A stretch of 64,000 nucleotides of DNA, from the NCBI GenBank assembly GCA_012295275.1, contig CM022667.1:5208001-5272000 (forward strand). The letters run 5' to 3'. The position numbers were made by a program, and so were the translations under genes. The stretch is from Chrysomallon squamiferum. Lineage: Eukaryota > Animalia > Mollusca. Shown here one piece after another: positions 1-14,615 of this stretch (its first letter is position 1; every line of letters starts with the position of its first letter). A model generated the notes under the pieces. It was not told where the DNA came from and did no database searches. It saw only the letters and a list, made by a program, of their open reading frames with translations.

Positions 1-70
<70 letters not shown>

Positions 71-595
71 TAATATAAATAATAATAATAAGAAGAAGAA
101 TTCTAAAAATCTACAAATATAAATAGTAATAAGATCAATTAAAAATTAAAGAAACTAAAACGAAAGTAAATGAAGAGTATATTATAAGCAGCTGTTTAGA
201 TAATAAATACATATTAAAATTAAATTATTTATGAAGAATTTAGGATAGTAAAGACTGAAAGTGCAGAATTTTCGATTTTAATATAATCGGAGATAGTGTC
301 TTCACATATTCAAAATACAATAATTCGTCAATTTCCGTGAAATGCATTTTATTTTTCTATAAATTCATAGGTATTTAAATATCCTTAGATTACAGTGGAT
401 TCTACATAAGATAAAATAAGCAATTTCACAGTTAATCTACATAGAGCAGAATAGAAATAGCTGTGTCGGAAGGTTTCTAATGAACTTTTGTTGTAACATT
501 TGAAAATAGCACCCCTACACAAATATGATGATTTCATCAATAAATTTGTTTTTTAATATTTTAGAAGTGAACATTAAAGTTTTAATTTTACTTAC

Positions 596-916
596 ATTGA
601 CTAGCTTTGTTACAGGTAGTTTCACCAACACCAGGAGGTGGTCCGTCAGTGCAGGTCCACTTTCCTTCGTCGACATTTTTTCTGAACCATTGTATCATAA
701 TAGTAATTTCTGAGGCTGAATCTACTATAACACAATATTCTACTCTTTTGAGAACACGAGTACAGACTGTATTACGATTACAATCTATAACTAACTGACC
801 ATCTGGTCTACGAACTTGTATTCCGTACTTTACAGTGCCGTTTATACGACATATCAGTTGTGATTCCCGTGCATTATTTGGACCATTTAAACAGTCTAAA
901 TATGTCATTGCTTTTT
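596..916 (-). CDS. Ig-like exon type A, copy 1 (KAMTYLDC...DEGKWTC...NKASQ)
   Basis: tttattcag acceptor, GTAAGT donor, 321 nt, phase 1-1, 7 Cys, D-x-G-x-W-x-C resembling the Ig F-strand motif. Confidence 0.85.
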
Positions 917-2801
917 CTGAATAAAAAAATCAAAATAATAATAATGAGAAAAAAGAAAGAATATGTGTGTATATATATATGTATATATTTATATATATAT
1001 ATACACACACACACATATAAATAGATAGATAGAGAGATAGATAGATAGATACATAAACACATAGGTGGCTAGATAGATATATAGACAGATAGATAGATAA
1101 ATAGAGGTATAGACTGGTAGATAAGAAATAAGCTAGATTATGAAACAGAGAGAAAGAGAGAGCCAGAGTGAGAGAGAGAGGAAGTGAGTGAGTCTGTGTG
1201 TGTGCCTTTTCATATAACGTTATACCTGTGATGAAATAATTTCAATTAGGTGTAACTGGCAGTATTCTTTGAAAAGTAGGAAAAACAAATCGGTTCAGGA
1301 CCCTATGTTTTCTATTTAACATAACGTTTCCCGTTATACCAATTCACCAATAATTGGGTACATTTGTCTTTATATAACCTCAAATAACGAAAGCAGCAAG
1401 AACCAGAACAACTACAAGCACAACAACAGAAACAGCAGTGACAACAACAACAGCAACAACAACCGGAAAAAGAAGAAAAATGATAGTAGTAGCAGTAGTA
1501 GTAGTAATAATAATAATAATAATAATAATAGTAATAATAATAATAATAATAACAATAAATATATATAAAGAAATGAATAAATTAAATTAAAAAAACATTA
1601 AAGTGTTTGAAACATAGGATAATAATTTTATTCAAAAGCGAATTATTCACATATACAATATATAGTTTGAAAGGAGCATCATATGTGTGTGTCTGCTATG
1701 AATCACAAATAGGCATCGAAAATGTCTCATAATATCTTAAATCAGGATTTGTGATGTGATTTTTCAGAAATAACTATAATCTTTATAGCTTTCAAGGAAC
1801 CTCTGTCCGAAAAAAAGAAATAAATTAAAATCAACCTTGATAACTCATATCAATTCCTTTAAACTATTGACACATGGAATAATAAACAAACAACCAGACT
1901 AAAATCTAAATAAAAAAACAATAAAAAAAATTACTAAAAAAGGTTTGTCAGAGGAGTGATAGAGAAACCACTGTTTTAGTAAATTTTTAAATTAAAACCT
2001 AACAGGTGGAAACATTACATTTTTCATTTTCTTTTTGTACCGATATTGTCTAAGTTCTGTTTGTTACATTATCTTCGTTATGCTTCGAACGTACGGAAAG
2101 AACATTTTGCTTTAGAGTGTCAGATATCGAAAATGTTTACAAATTACCTTGCTTCGCGAATTTCATTTGTTGTTAAACGTATGCAATAACTAAAATACAC
2201 CTTTTAGTATACAAACAAAACAAACAAATAATAATAATAAAAAGTAAAAATAGAAAATAAATAGATAAATAAATAAGTAAATAAAATAAAATAAAATAAA
2301 TAAAATAAAATAATACATTAGTAAAATATCATTTATGTAAGTAAAATATTTGTATGAATAAGTTTTGCTGAATTATGCATGACGTACATGATTATTACTA
2401 GCAAACATTATCATGAAGGAGAAGAACTCCACACAGATATCCATGAACAGTAGTTTGTAATTTGAGATCACACTTATTTGTAACTAGTATTACATAATAG
2501 GATTATAAAAGAAAAAAAAATTATAGGAGTCAAACACTGCTTTCTAAAAGCTACGTATCTTTCGACTTGCACTGTAGGAACTCAAACGAATCTCTGGGTT
2601 GAAACATGCAAAATGAAGTAGAAGAGGAGTGTGGATGGTGTATATCTGTATTTCTTAACTGGTAATTCTGCTGAAAATACTATTTCTGCCGTCACTGTAG
2701 ATACTGCTACTGCTAATACTATTACTACTATTAATAGTTATAAAATATTCTTCTTTGGTATTCAATAGAAAAGAATACTCAGTCAATGAGAAACGTCTTA
2801 C

Positions 2802-2822
2802 CAGCAGTCAAGTTGTTCTGAC
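2802..2822 (-). CDS. 21-nt linker microexon (GQNNLTA)
   Basis: Pyrimidine tract + AG, GTAAGA donor, phase 1-1, same position in each repeat. Confidence 0.65.
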
Positions 2823-2966
2823 CTTTAGAGGAGAAAAAGAAATCAAGGAAATTATATTAGTCATTTGCAATAAATTATGTAAAGATGCAGCAAGGAAATG
2901 GAACCAAATATTTATTACAATATATTGATTATATCATTATATAAGAGGGATTGATATTCTTAATAA

Positions 2967-3020
<54 letters not shown>

Positions 3021-3023
3021 GGC

Positions 3024-3347
3024 CTCGAGTGCTTTTAATACACGGAGTATGACTGACATCAGTGGAATATCCATCAGAACACATCCATTGGCCTTCGTCA
3101 ACTTCCTTGTGAAACTTCTCTATACCGATAGTAATTTGTGTCGGTGAATCTACCCGAGCGCAGTATCCTGGCCGATGTCCGTTGGTTATACACATTGTTG
3201 TCTGGTAATTGCAAAATATAACTGTTTGTTTATTTGGCCTAAATACTCTTATTCCATTTGTTACAGTGCCATTCATGGTACATGTTAATTTTGTAGGAAA
3301 TCCTTCTTCGGCTTCATCCAAGCAGTCAATATATGTTCTTGCTCGTC
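3024..3347 (-). CDS. Ig-like exon type B, copy 1 (RARTYIDCLDEAEEG...DEGQWMC...PCIKSTR)
   Basis: ttgctttccag acceptor, 324 nt, phase 1-1, 7 Cys; donor AG|GCCAGT (variant of AG|GCAAGT in other copies). Confidence 0.8.
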
Positions 3348-3705
3348 CTGGAAAGCAAGTTATTGAATACTACAGTTATTAAAGATAGGAAACTACTATA
3401 ATAAAACTTTTACTAAATCGTTAAAAATTAATTATGATACAACAAGTGGAATGGAAACGATTTAATTCTATCTATCAATCAATGCATGTATGTATGTGTG
3501 TATGTATATATGTGTGTGTGTAAGTGTATTAACAAAAATTAAGGAAACTAAAATTAAAAGAATAATCGTATATCGTAGATAATTAAACGAGATTATACAG
3601 ACACAAAATACGAAAGCAAAATAAATAATTCTTTAAGGAAATATACAGAGTATTTTGAGATAATCGACAACTACTGTTCTGTCTGCTACAACTATTTGTA
3701 CTTAC

Positions 3706-3726
3706 CTTCAGAAGGATTATAGCTTC
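3706..3726 (-). CDS. 21-nt linker microexon (GSYNPSE)
   Basis: ctctgtag acceptor after pyrimidine tract, AAG|GTAAGT donor, phase 1-1. Confidence 0.75.
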
Positions 3727-4236
3727 CTACAGAGCGAGAGAAAAGAAAGAAAAACAACACGGTTTTGTTAGTAGTGAGAAAACAAACATTATAAATTAAT
3801 TTACAATTTAAGGGAGAAACGAAATCATTTCGTTGAAAATTGAGAAGAAAAGACAGTGTAATAAGGTGATAAGTATACATATCAACATCTGATGTTTACA
3901 ATCATTTCATGATGTGTTTGGTCAACAATATCTGAACTTCTTGTTTAGACAGCTATTCAGCTTTCTTTTATACATAAATTCAATGCAAATATTTAAAGGT
4001 GGTAAATATTAGTGCACAGCCACCCACACGCTTGGGAGACAATTCGGACCAATAATTCAGACGAACTCGACGCATGAACCGGAGTCACAACAGAAAAACA
4101 CTGGGAATTTGAATGATCTACAAAAGTCTCATTCCACAAAAATGGGCGAGATAACTGCACGTCGTGATGTCTATAGATGAGTCGTTACTTGTTTATGCGT
4201 GTGCGTCTGTGCGTTTCTATATGTAAGAGCTAGAGA

Positions 4237-4298
<62 letters not shown>

Positions 4299-4318
4299 TC
4301 TAGTTCAAAATTTCTTAC

Positions 4319-4333
4319 CTGTAGGTAACGTAG
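4319..4333 (-). CDS. 15-nt linker microexon (xTLPT)
   Basis: ttatag acceptor, CAG|GTAAGA donor, phase 1-1. Confidence 0.65.
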
Positions 4334-4417
4334 CTATAATATAAAAACGGAAAATAAGGTTCTTTATTACGTCACTTGCATCGAATTTACTAATTATCTA
4401 CCAGACAATTAAAGTTA

Positions 4418-4510
<93 letters not shown>

Positions 4511-5023
4511 TAATAATAAGAAGAAGAATTCTAAAAATCTACAAATATAAATAGTAATAAGATAAATTAAAAATTAAAGAAACTAAAACGAAAGTAAATG
4601 AAGAGTATATTATAAGCAGCTGTTTAGATAATAAATACATATTAAAATTAAATTATTTATGAAGAATTTAGGATAGTAAAGACTGAAAGTGCAGAATTTT
4701 CGATTTTAATATAATCGGAGATAGTGTCTTCACATATTCAAAATACAATAATTAGTCAATTTCCGTGAAATGCATTTTATTTTTCTATAAATTCATAGGT
4801 ATTTAAATATCCTTAGATTACAGTGGATTCTACATAAGATAAAATAAACAATTTCACAGTTAATCTATATAGAGCAGAATAGAAATAGCTGTGTCGGAAG
4901 GTTTCTAATGAACTTTTGTTGTAACATTTGAAAATAGCAGCCCTACACAAATATGATGATTTCATCAATAATTTTGTTTTTTAATATTTTAGAAGTGAAC
5001 ATTAAAGTTTTAATTTTACTTAC

Positions 5024-5344
5024 ATTGACTAGCTTTGTTACAGGTAGTTTCACCAACACCAGGAGGTGGTCCGTCAGTGCAGGTCCACTTTCCTTCATCG
5101 ACATTTTTTCTGAAGTTTTGTATCATAATAGTAATTTCTGAGGCTGAATCTACTATAACACAATATTCTACTGTTTTGAGAACACCAGTACAAACTGTGT
5201 TACGATTACAATCTATAACTAACTGACCATCTGGTCTACGAACTTGTATTCCGTACTTTACAGTGCCGTTTATACGACATATCAGTTGTGATTCCCGTGC
5301 ATTATTTGGACCATTTAAACAGTCTAAATATGTCATTGCTTTTT
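5024..5344 (-). CDS. Ig-like exon type A, copy 2
   Basis: 321 nt open exon, AG/GTAAGT, phase 1-1. Confidence 0.85.
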
Positions 5345-5403
5345 CTGAATAAAAAAATCAAAATAATAATAATAATATAAAAGAAAGAATATCTATTTAT
5401 ATA

Positions 5404-5449
<46 letters not shown>

Positions 5450-5945
5450 CACACACATATATAAATAGATAGATAGAGAGATAGATAGATAGATACATAA
5501 ACACATAGGTGGCTAGATAGATATATAGACAGATAGATAGATAAATAGAGGTATAGACTGGTAGATAAGAAATAAGCTAGATTATGAAAAAGAGAGAGAG
5601 AGAGAGCCAGAGTGAGAGAGAGAGGAAGTGAGTGAGTCTGTGTGTGTGCCTTTTCATATAACGTTATACCTGTGATGAAATAATTTCAATTAGGTGTAAC
5701 TGGCAGTATTCTTTGAAAAGTAGGAAAAACAAATCGGTTCAGGACCCTATGTTTTCTATTTAACATAACGTTTCCCGTTATACCAATTCACCAATAATTG
5801 GGTACATTTGTCTTTATATAACCTCAAATAACGAAAGCAGCAAGAACCAGAACAACTACAGGCACAACAACAGAAACAGCAGTGACAACAACAACAGCAA
5901 CAACAACCGGAAAAAAGAAGAAAAATGATAGTAGTAGCAGTAGTA

Positions 5946-6010
<65 letters not shown>

Positions 6011-7245
6011 TATATAAAGAAATGAATAAATTAAATTAAAAAAACATTAAAGTGTTTGAAACATAGGATAATAATTTTATTCATAAGCGAATTATTCACA
6101 TATACAATATATAGTTTGAAAGGAGCATCATATGTGTGTGTCTGCTATGAATCACAAATAGGCATCGAAAATGTCTCATAATATCTTAAATCAGGATTTG
6201 TGATGTGATTTTTCAGAAATAACTATAATCTTTATAGCTTTCAAGGAACCTCTGTCCGAAAAAAAGAAATAAATTAAAATCAACCTTGATAACTCATATC
6301 AATTCCTTTAAACTATTGACACATGGAATAATAAACAACCAGACTAAAATCTAAATAAAAATAAATAAAAACAAAATTACTAAAAAAGGTTTGTCAGAGG
6401 AGTGATAGAGAAACCACTGTTTTAGTAAATTTTTAAATTAAAACCTAACAGGTGGAAACATTACATTTTTCATTTTCTTTTTGTACCGATATTGTCTAAC
6501 TTTTGTTTGTTACATTATCTTCGTTATCCTTTGAACGTACGGAAAGAACATTTTGCTTTAAAGTGTCAGATATCGAAAATGTTTACAAATTACCTTGCTT
6601 CGCGAATTTCATTTGTTGTTAAACGTATGGAATAACTAATACACACCTTTTAGTATACAAACAAAACAAACAAATAATAATAATAAAAGGTAATAATAGA
6701 AAATAAATAGATAAAGAAATAAATAAATAAAATAAAATAAAATAAATAAAATAAAATAATACATTAGTAAAATATCATTTATATAAGTAAAATATTTGTA
6801 TAATAAAGTTTTGCTGAATTATGCATGACGTACATGATTATTACTAGCAAACATTATCATGAAGGAGAAGAACTCCACACAGATATCCATGGACAGTAGT
6901 TTGTAATTTGAGACCACACTTATTTGTAACTAGTATTACATAATAGGATTATAAAAGAAAAAAATGAAAAGAGTCAAACACTGCTTTCTAAAAGCTACGT
7001 ATCTTTCGACTTGCACTGTAGGAACTCAAACGAATCTCTGGGTTGAAACATGCAAAATGAAGTAGAAGAGGAGTGTGGATGGTGTATATCTGTATTTCTT
7101 AACTGGTAATTCTGCTGAAAATACTATTTCTGCCGTCACTATAGATACTGCTACTGCTAATACTATTACTACTATTAATAGTTATAAAATATTCTTCTTT
7201 GGTATTCAACTGAAAAGAATACACAGTCAATGAGAAACGTCTTAC

Positions 7246-7266
7246 CAGCAGTCAAGTTGTTCTGAC
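7246..7266 (-). CDS. 21-nt linker microexon (GQNNLTA)
   Basis: AG/GTAAGA, phase 1-1. Confidence 0.65.
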
Positions 7267-7408
7267 CTTTAGAGGAGAAAAAGAAATCAAGGAAATTATA
7301 TTAGTCATTTGTAATAAATTATGTAAAGATGCAGCAAGGAAATGGAACCAAATATTTATTACAATATATTGATTATATCATTATATAAGAGGGATTGATA
7401 TGCTTCAA

Positions 7409-7508
<100 letters not shown>

Positions 7509-7510
7509 GC

Positions 7511-7837
7511 CTCGAGTGCTTTTAATACATGGAGTATCACTGACATCATTAGGAAGAAATCCATCAGAACATATCCATTGGCCTTCGTCAACTTCCTTGT
7601 GGAACTTCTCTATACCGATAGTAATTTGTGTCGGTGAATCTATCCGAGCGCAGTATCCTGGCTTATCGTCTATGGTTCCACACATTGTTGTAAGGTAATC
7701 GCAAATTATAACTAGTTGTTTATTTGGCCTAAATACTCTTATTCCAGTTCTTACAGTGCCATTCATGTTACATGTTAATTTTGTAGGTAATCCTTCTTCG
7801 GCTTCATCCAAGCAGTCAGTATATGTTCTTGCCCTTC
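7511..7837 (-). CDS. Ig-like exon type B, copy 2
   Basis: 327 nt open exon, ccag acceptor, AG|GCAAGT donor. Confidence 0.85.
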
Positions 7838-8238
7838 CTGGAAACCAAGTTAACGAATAGTACAGATATTAAAGACAGGAAACTACTATAATAAAACATT
7901 TACTAAATCGTTAAAAATTGATTATGATTCAACAAGTGGAATGGAAACGATTTATTTCTATCTATCAATCTATGTATGTATGTATGTACGTATATATGTA
8001 TGTGTGTGTGTATGTATGTATGCATGTATATATATATATGTGTGTATGTATATTAACAGAAATTAAAGAAACTAAAATTAATACTATTAAAAGAAATATC
8101 GTATATCATAGATAATTAAAGGAGATTATACAGACACAAATTATGAAAGGAATATAAATAATTCTTTAAAGAAATATACAGAGTATTTTTAGAGAATTAA
8201 CAACTACTGTTCTCTCTGCTACAACTATTTGTACTTAC

Positions 8239-8259
8239 GTTGAGGAGGATTATCTCTTG
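8239..8259 (-). CDS. 21-nt linker microexon (ARDNPPQ)
   Basis: tgtag acceptor, GTAAGT donor, phase 1-1. Confidence 0.7.
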
Positions 8260-8760
8260 CTACACAGGCGGAGAAAAGATACAATAACAATACGATTTTG
8301 TTAGTAGTGAGAAACAAACACTATAAATGATTTTTCAATTTGAGAAAGAAACGAAATGATTTCATTAAAAATTGAGAAGAAAAGACAGTGTAATAAGGTG
8401 ATAAATATATATATGAACGTCTGGTGTTTAGAATCATATCGTGATGTGTTGGGTCAACAATATCTGAACTTCTTGTGTACACAGCAATTCAGCTTTTTTA
8501 AACCTATAGTCAATGCAGTCAGGTGGTAAATATTTGTGCATCGCCACCCACATGCTTGAGAGACAATTAGGACGAATAATTGAGAGGAACGCCAGGCATG
8601 AACCGGAGTCACAATAGAAAAACACTGGGAATTTGAATGATCTACAAAATTCTCATTCCACAAAAATGGGCGAGATAACTGCACGTCGTGATGTCTATAG
8701 ATGAGTCATTATTTGTTTATGCGTGTGCGTCTGTGTGTTTCTATATGTAAGAAATAATGT

Positions 8761-8875
<115 letters not shown>

Positions 8876-8895
8876 TCTAATTCGAAATTTCTTAC

Positions 8896-8910
8896 CTGTA
8901 GCTATTATAG
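8896..8910 (-). CDS. 15-nt linker microexon (xIIAT)
   Basis: ttatag acceptor, CAG|GTAAGA donor. Confidence 0.65.
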
Positions 8911-8994
8911 CTATAATATAAAAATGGGAAAAACGGTTGATTATTACGTCAAATGTATCGAATTTACTGATTATCTACCAGACAATTAAAGCAA

Positions 8995-9070
<76 letters not shown>

Positions 9071-9581
9071 GTAATAATAATAAAAGTTTTAAAAATCTAC
9101 AAATATAAATATTAATAAAATAAATTAAAAATTTAAGAAACTAAAACGAAAGTAAATGAAGAGTAAATTATAAGAAGCTCTTTAGATAGGAAATGCATGT
9201 AAAAATTTAGTGATTTATGAAGAATTTAAGATAATTTGGTCTGAAAATGCTGAATTTTCGAATTTTGTTATTATCGGAGACAGAGTCTTCACATATTCAA
9301 ATTACAATAATTCGTCAATTTCCGTGAAATGTATTTTTTTTCTATAAATTCATAGATATCTAAATATCCTTAGATTACAGTGGGTTGTACATAAGATAAA
9401 ATAAACAATGTCATAGTTAATCTACATACAGCAGAATAGAAATAGCTGTGTCGGAAGGTTTCTAATGAACTTTTGCTGTAACATTTCAAAATAGCAGCCC
9501 TACAGAAATATGATGATTTCATCATTAATTTAGTTTTTTTAATATTTTAGAAGTGAACATTAAAGTTTTAATTGTACTTAC

Positions 9582-9902
9582 GTTGACTAGTTTTGTTACA
9601 GGTAGTTTCCCCAACACCAGGAGGTGTTCCGTCAATGCAGGTCCACTGTCCTTCATCGACATTTCTTCTGAAGTACTGTATCATAATAGCAATTTCTGAG
9701 GCTGAATCAACTATAACACAATATTCTACTTTTTTGAGAACACGAGTACAGACTGTGTTACGATTACAATCTATAACTAACTGACCATCTGGTCTACGAA
9801 CTTGTATTCCGTACTTTACAGTGCCGTTTATACGACATATCAGTTGTGATGGCCGTGCATTATTTGGACCATTTAAACAGTCTAAATATGTCAGTGCTTT
9901 TT
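9582..9902 (-). CDS. Ig-like exon type A, copy 3 (KALTYLDC...; missed by ORF track)
   Basis: 321 nt open exon, AG/GTAAGT, phase 1-1. Confidence 0.85.
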
Positions 9903-10504
9903 CTGAATAAAAAAATCAAAATAATAATAATAATATAAAAGAAAGAATATCTATTTATATATGTGTGTGTGTATATATATATTGATATATATATATACAC
10001 ACACATACACACACATATATAAATAGATAGATAGAGAGATAGATAGATAGATAGACACATACACACATAGGTGGCTAGATAGATATATAGACAGATAGAT
10101 AGATAAATAGAGGTATAGACTGGTAGATAAGAAATAAGCTAGATTATGAAACAGAGAGAGAGAGAGCCAGAGTGAGAGAGAGAGGAAGTGAGTGAGTCTG
10201 TGTGTGTGCCTTTTCATATAACGTTATACCTGTGATGAAATAATTTCAGTTAGGTGTAACTGGCAGTATTCTTTGAAAAGTAGGAAAAACAAATCGGTTC
10301 AGGACCCTATGTTTTCTATTTAACATAACGTTTCCCGTTATACCAATTCACCAATAATTGGGTACATTTGTCTTTATATAACCTCAAATAACGAAAGCAG
10401 CAAGAACCAGAACAACTACAGGCACAACAACAGAAACAGCAGTGACAACAACAACAGCAACAACAACCGGAAAAAGAAGAAAAATGATAGTAGTAGCAGT
10501 AGTA

Positions 10505-10541
<37 letters not shown>

Positions 10542-11789
10542 TAAATATATATAAATAAATAAATAAATTAAATTAAAAAAACATTAAAGTGTTTGAAACA
10601 TAGGATAATAATTTTATTCATAAGCGAATTATTCACATATACAATATATAGTTTGAAAGGAGCATCATATGTGTGTGTCTGCTATGAATCACAAATAGGC
10701 ATCGAAAATGTCTCATAATATCTTAAATCAGGATTTGTGATGTGATTTTTCAGAAATAACTATAATCTTTATAGCTTTCAAGGAACCTCTGTCCGAAAAA
10801 AATAAATAAATGAAAATCAACCTTGATAACTCATATCAATTCCTTTAAACTATTGACACATGGAATAATAAACAAACAACCAGACTAAAATCTAAATAAA
10901 AAAAAAATAAAAAAACATTACTAAAAAAGGTTTGTCAGAGGAGTGATAGAGAAACCACTGTTTTAGTAAATTTTTAAATTAAAACCTAACAGGTGGAAAC
11001 ATTACATTTTTCATTTTCTTTTTGTACCGATATTGTCTAAGTTCTGTTTGTTACATTATCTTCGTTATGCTTCGAACGTACGGAAAGAACATTTTGCTTT
11101 AAAGTGTCAGATATCGAAAATGTTTACAAATTACCTTGCTTCGCGAATTTCATTTGTTGTTAAACGTATGCAATAACTAAAATACACCTTTTAGTATACA
11201 AACAAAACAAACAAATAATAATAATAAAAAGTAAAAATAGAAAATAAATAGATAAATAAATAAGTAAATAAAATAAAATAAAATAAATAAAATAAAATAA
11301 TACATTAGTAAAATATCATTTATGTAAGTAAAATATTTGTATGAATAAGTTTTGCTGAATTATGCATGACGTACATGATTATTACTAGCAAACATTATCA
11401 TGAAGGAGAAGAACTCCACACAGATATCCATGAACAGTAGTTTGAAATTTGAGACAACACTTATTTGTAACTAGTATTACATAATAGGATGATAAAACAA
11501 ACAAAAAATTAAAAGAGTCAAAATTTGTTTTCTAAAACCAACGTATCTTTCGACTTGCACTGTAGGAACTCAAACGAATCTCTGGGTTGAAATATGCAAA
11601 ATGAAGTAGAAGAGGAGTGTGGATGGTGTATATCTGTATTTCTTAACTGGTAATTCTGCTGAAAATACTATTTCTGCCGTCACAATAGATACTGCTACTG
11701 CTAATACTATTACTACTATTAATAGTTATAAAATATTCTTCTTTGGTATTCAACTGAAAAGAATACACTGTCAATGAGAATCGTCTTAC

Positions 11790-11810
11790 CAGCAGCCAAG
11801 TTTCTCAGAC
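11790..11810 (-). CDS. 21-nt linker microexon (GLRNLAA)
   Basis: AG/GTAAGA, phase 1-1. Confidence 0.65.
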
Positions 11811-11932
11811 CTTTAGAAGAGAAAAAGAAATCAAGGAGATTATATTAGTCATTTGTAATAAATTATGTAAAGATGCAGCAAGGAAATGGAAAAATATTTA
11901 ATTAATTATAATATAATAATGATATGCTTCAA

Positions 11933-11993
<61 letters not shown>

Positions 11994-11995
11994 GC

Positions 11996-12322
11996 CTCGA
12001 GTGCTTTTAATACATGGAGTATCAGTGACATCATTAGGAAGAAATCCATCAGAACACATCCATTGGCCTTCGTCAACTTCCTTGTGGAACTTCTCTATAC
12101 CGATAGTAATTTGTGTCGGTGAATCTATCCGAGCACAGTATCCTAGATTACGGCCGTTGGTTTCACACATTGTTGTCAGGTAATTGCATGATATAACTTC
12201 TTCTTTAGTTGGCCTTAATACTCTTATTCCAGTTCTTACAGTGCCATTCATGGTACATGTTAATTTTGTTGGTAATCCTTCTTCGGCTTCATCCAAGCAG
12301 TCAAAATGTGTTCTTGCTCTTC
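11996..12322 (-). CDS. Ig-like exon type B, copy 3
   Basis: 327 nt open exon, AG|GCAAGT donor. Confidence 0.85.
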
Positions 12323-12701
12323 CTGGAAAGCAAGTTATTCAATATTACAGATATTAAAGATAGGAAACTACTATAATAATACATTTACTAAATGGTTAAA
12401 TAATGTTTATGATTCAACAATTGGAATGGAAATCGATTTCTTTGTGACTATGAATCTATGTATGTATATATGTATGTACGTATGTATATATATATATATG
12501 TGTATAGTGTATTTGTATTAACAAGTTAAGGAAACTAAAATTAATACTATTTAAAGAGGAATCGTATATCGTAGATAATTAAAGGAGATTAGACAGACAC
12601 AACATACGGAAGCAATATAAATAATTCTTTAAGGAAATATACGGAGTATTTTCAGAGAATCGACAACTACTGTTCTCTCTGCTACAACTATTTGTACTTA
12701 C

Positions 12702-12722
12702 CTTGAGAAGGAATATACCTTC
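12702..12722 (-). CDS. 21-nt linker microexon (GRYIPSQ)
   Basis: AG/GTAAGT, phase 1-1. Confidence 0.75.
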
Positions 12723-13236
12723 CTACAGAGCAAGAGAAAAGAATGAAAAACAGTACGATTTTGTTAATAGTGAGAAAACAAACACTATAAATGATTTTAC
12801 AATTTGAGAAGGTAATGAAATAACTTGATTAAAACCTGAGAAAAAAGACAGTGTAATAAGGTAATAAGTATATGTATGAACGTCTGGTGTTTAGAATCAT
12901 ATCGTGATGTGTTGGTCAACAATATCTGAACTTCTTGTGTACACAGCTATTCAGCTTTTTTAAACCTATAGTCAATGCAGTCAGCTGGTAAATATTTGTA
13001 CGCAGCCACACACATGCTTGAGAGACAATTAGGACGAATAATTCAGAGGAACGCCAGGCATGAACCGGAGTCACAATAGAAAAACACTGGGAATTTGAAT
13101 GATCTACAAAATTCTCATTCCACAAAAATGGGCGAGATAACTGCACGTCGTGATGTCTATAGATGAGTCATTAATTGTTTATGCGTGTGCGTCTGTGTGT
13201 TTCTATATGTAAGAGCTAGAGAAATAATGTTTAATA

Positions 13237-13324
<88 letters not shown>

Positions 13325-13357
13325 CATAATAATAAAAATCAAGTCGAAATTTCTTAC

Positions 13358-13372
13358 CTGTAGCTATTATAG
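13358..13372 (-). CDS. 15-nt linker microexon (xIIAT)
   Basis: AG/GTAAGA, phase 1-1. Confidence 0.65.
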
Positions 13373-14020
13373 CTATAATATAAAAATGGGAAATAAGGTT
13401 CATTACTACGTCACATGTATCGAATTTACTGATTATCTACCAGACAATTAAAGCAAAAGCAAAATAATAATAATAATAATATTAATAATAATAATAATAA
13501 TAATAATAAAAATAAAAATAAAAGTTTAAAAAATCTACAAATATAAATATTAATAAAATAAATAAAAAATTAAAGAAACTAAAATGAAAGTAAATGAAGA
13601 GTAAATTATAAGAAGCTCTTTAGATAGGAAATGCATGTTAAAATTTAGTGATTTATGAAGAATTTAGGATAATTTGGTCTGAAAATGCTGAATTTTCGAA
13701 TTTTAACATAATCTGGGATAGTCTTCACATATTCAAAGTACAATAATTCGTCAATTTCCGTGAAATGTATTTTTTTTTCTATCAATTCATAGGTAATTAA
13801 ATATCCTTAGATTACAGTGGATTGTACATAAGATAAAATAAGCAATTTCACAGTTAATCTACATACAGCAGAATAGAAATAGCTGTGTCGGAAGGTTTCT
13901 AATGAAGTTTTGCTGTAACATTTGAAAATAGCACCCCTACAGAAATATGATGATTTCATCAATAATTTTTTTTTTTTTTAATATTTTAGAAGTGAACATC
14001 AACGTTTTAATTGTACTTAC

Positions 14021-14341
14021 GTTGACTACTTTTGTTACAGGTAGTTTCACCAACCCCAGGAGGTGTTCCGTCAGTGCAGGTCCACTCTCCTTCATCGACA
14101 TTTTTTCTGAAGTTTTGTATCATAATAGTAATTTCTGAGGCTGAATCTACTATAACACAATATTCTACTGTTTTGAGAACACCAGTACAGACCGTATTAC
14201 GATTACAATCTATAACTAACTGACCATCTGGTCTACGAACTTGTATTCCGTACTTTACAGTGCCGTATATACGACATATCAGTTGCGATTCCCGTGGATT
14301 ATTTGGACCATTTAAACAGTCTAAATACGTCTTTGCTTTTT
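14021..14341 (-). CDS. Ig-like exon type A, copy 4 (KAKTYLDC...; missed by ORF track)
   Basis: 321 nt open exon, tctatag acceptor, GTAAGT donor. Confidence 0.85.
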
Positions 14342-14491
14342 CTATAGAAAAAAGAAGAAAAAAGAATAATTAAACAAAAGATTGTGTGTATATATACATA
14401 TAGATAGATATATAGATAGATATATGAATAGATAGATAGACGGGTGGATAATAAATAACCTAGATCATGAGAGAGAGAGAGAGAGAGAGAC

Positions 14492-14615
<124 letters not shown>

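Noticed and set aside
525-798. Repeated plus-strand ORFs (MLQVVSPTPGG..., MMISSI..., MPRVLLIHG...)
   Set aside because: Antisense shadows of the minus-strand Ig exons
588-908. Each ~106-150 aa ORF as an independent single-exon gene
   Set aside because: The start is not conserved (Leu or Lys in A3-A5, TTG in B) and all copies are bounded by splice signals
1226-1266. Possible 41-nt exon (EYCQLHLIEIISSQ) upstream of type A exons
   Set aside because: Not a multiple of 3, weak donor, disrupted or deleted in other units
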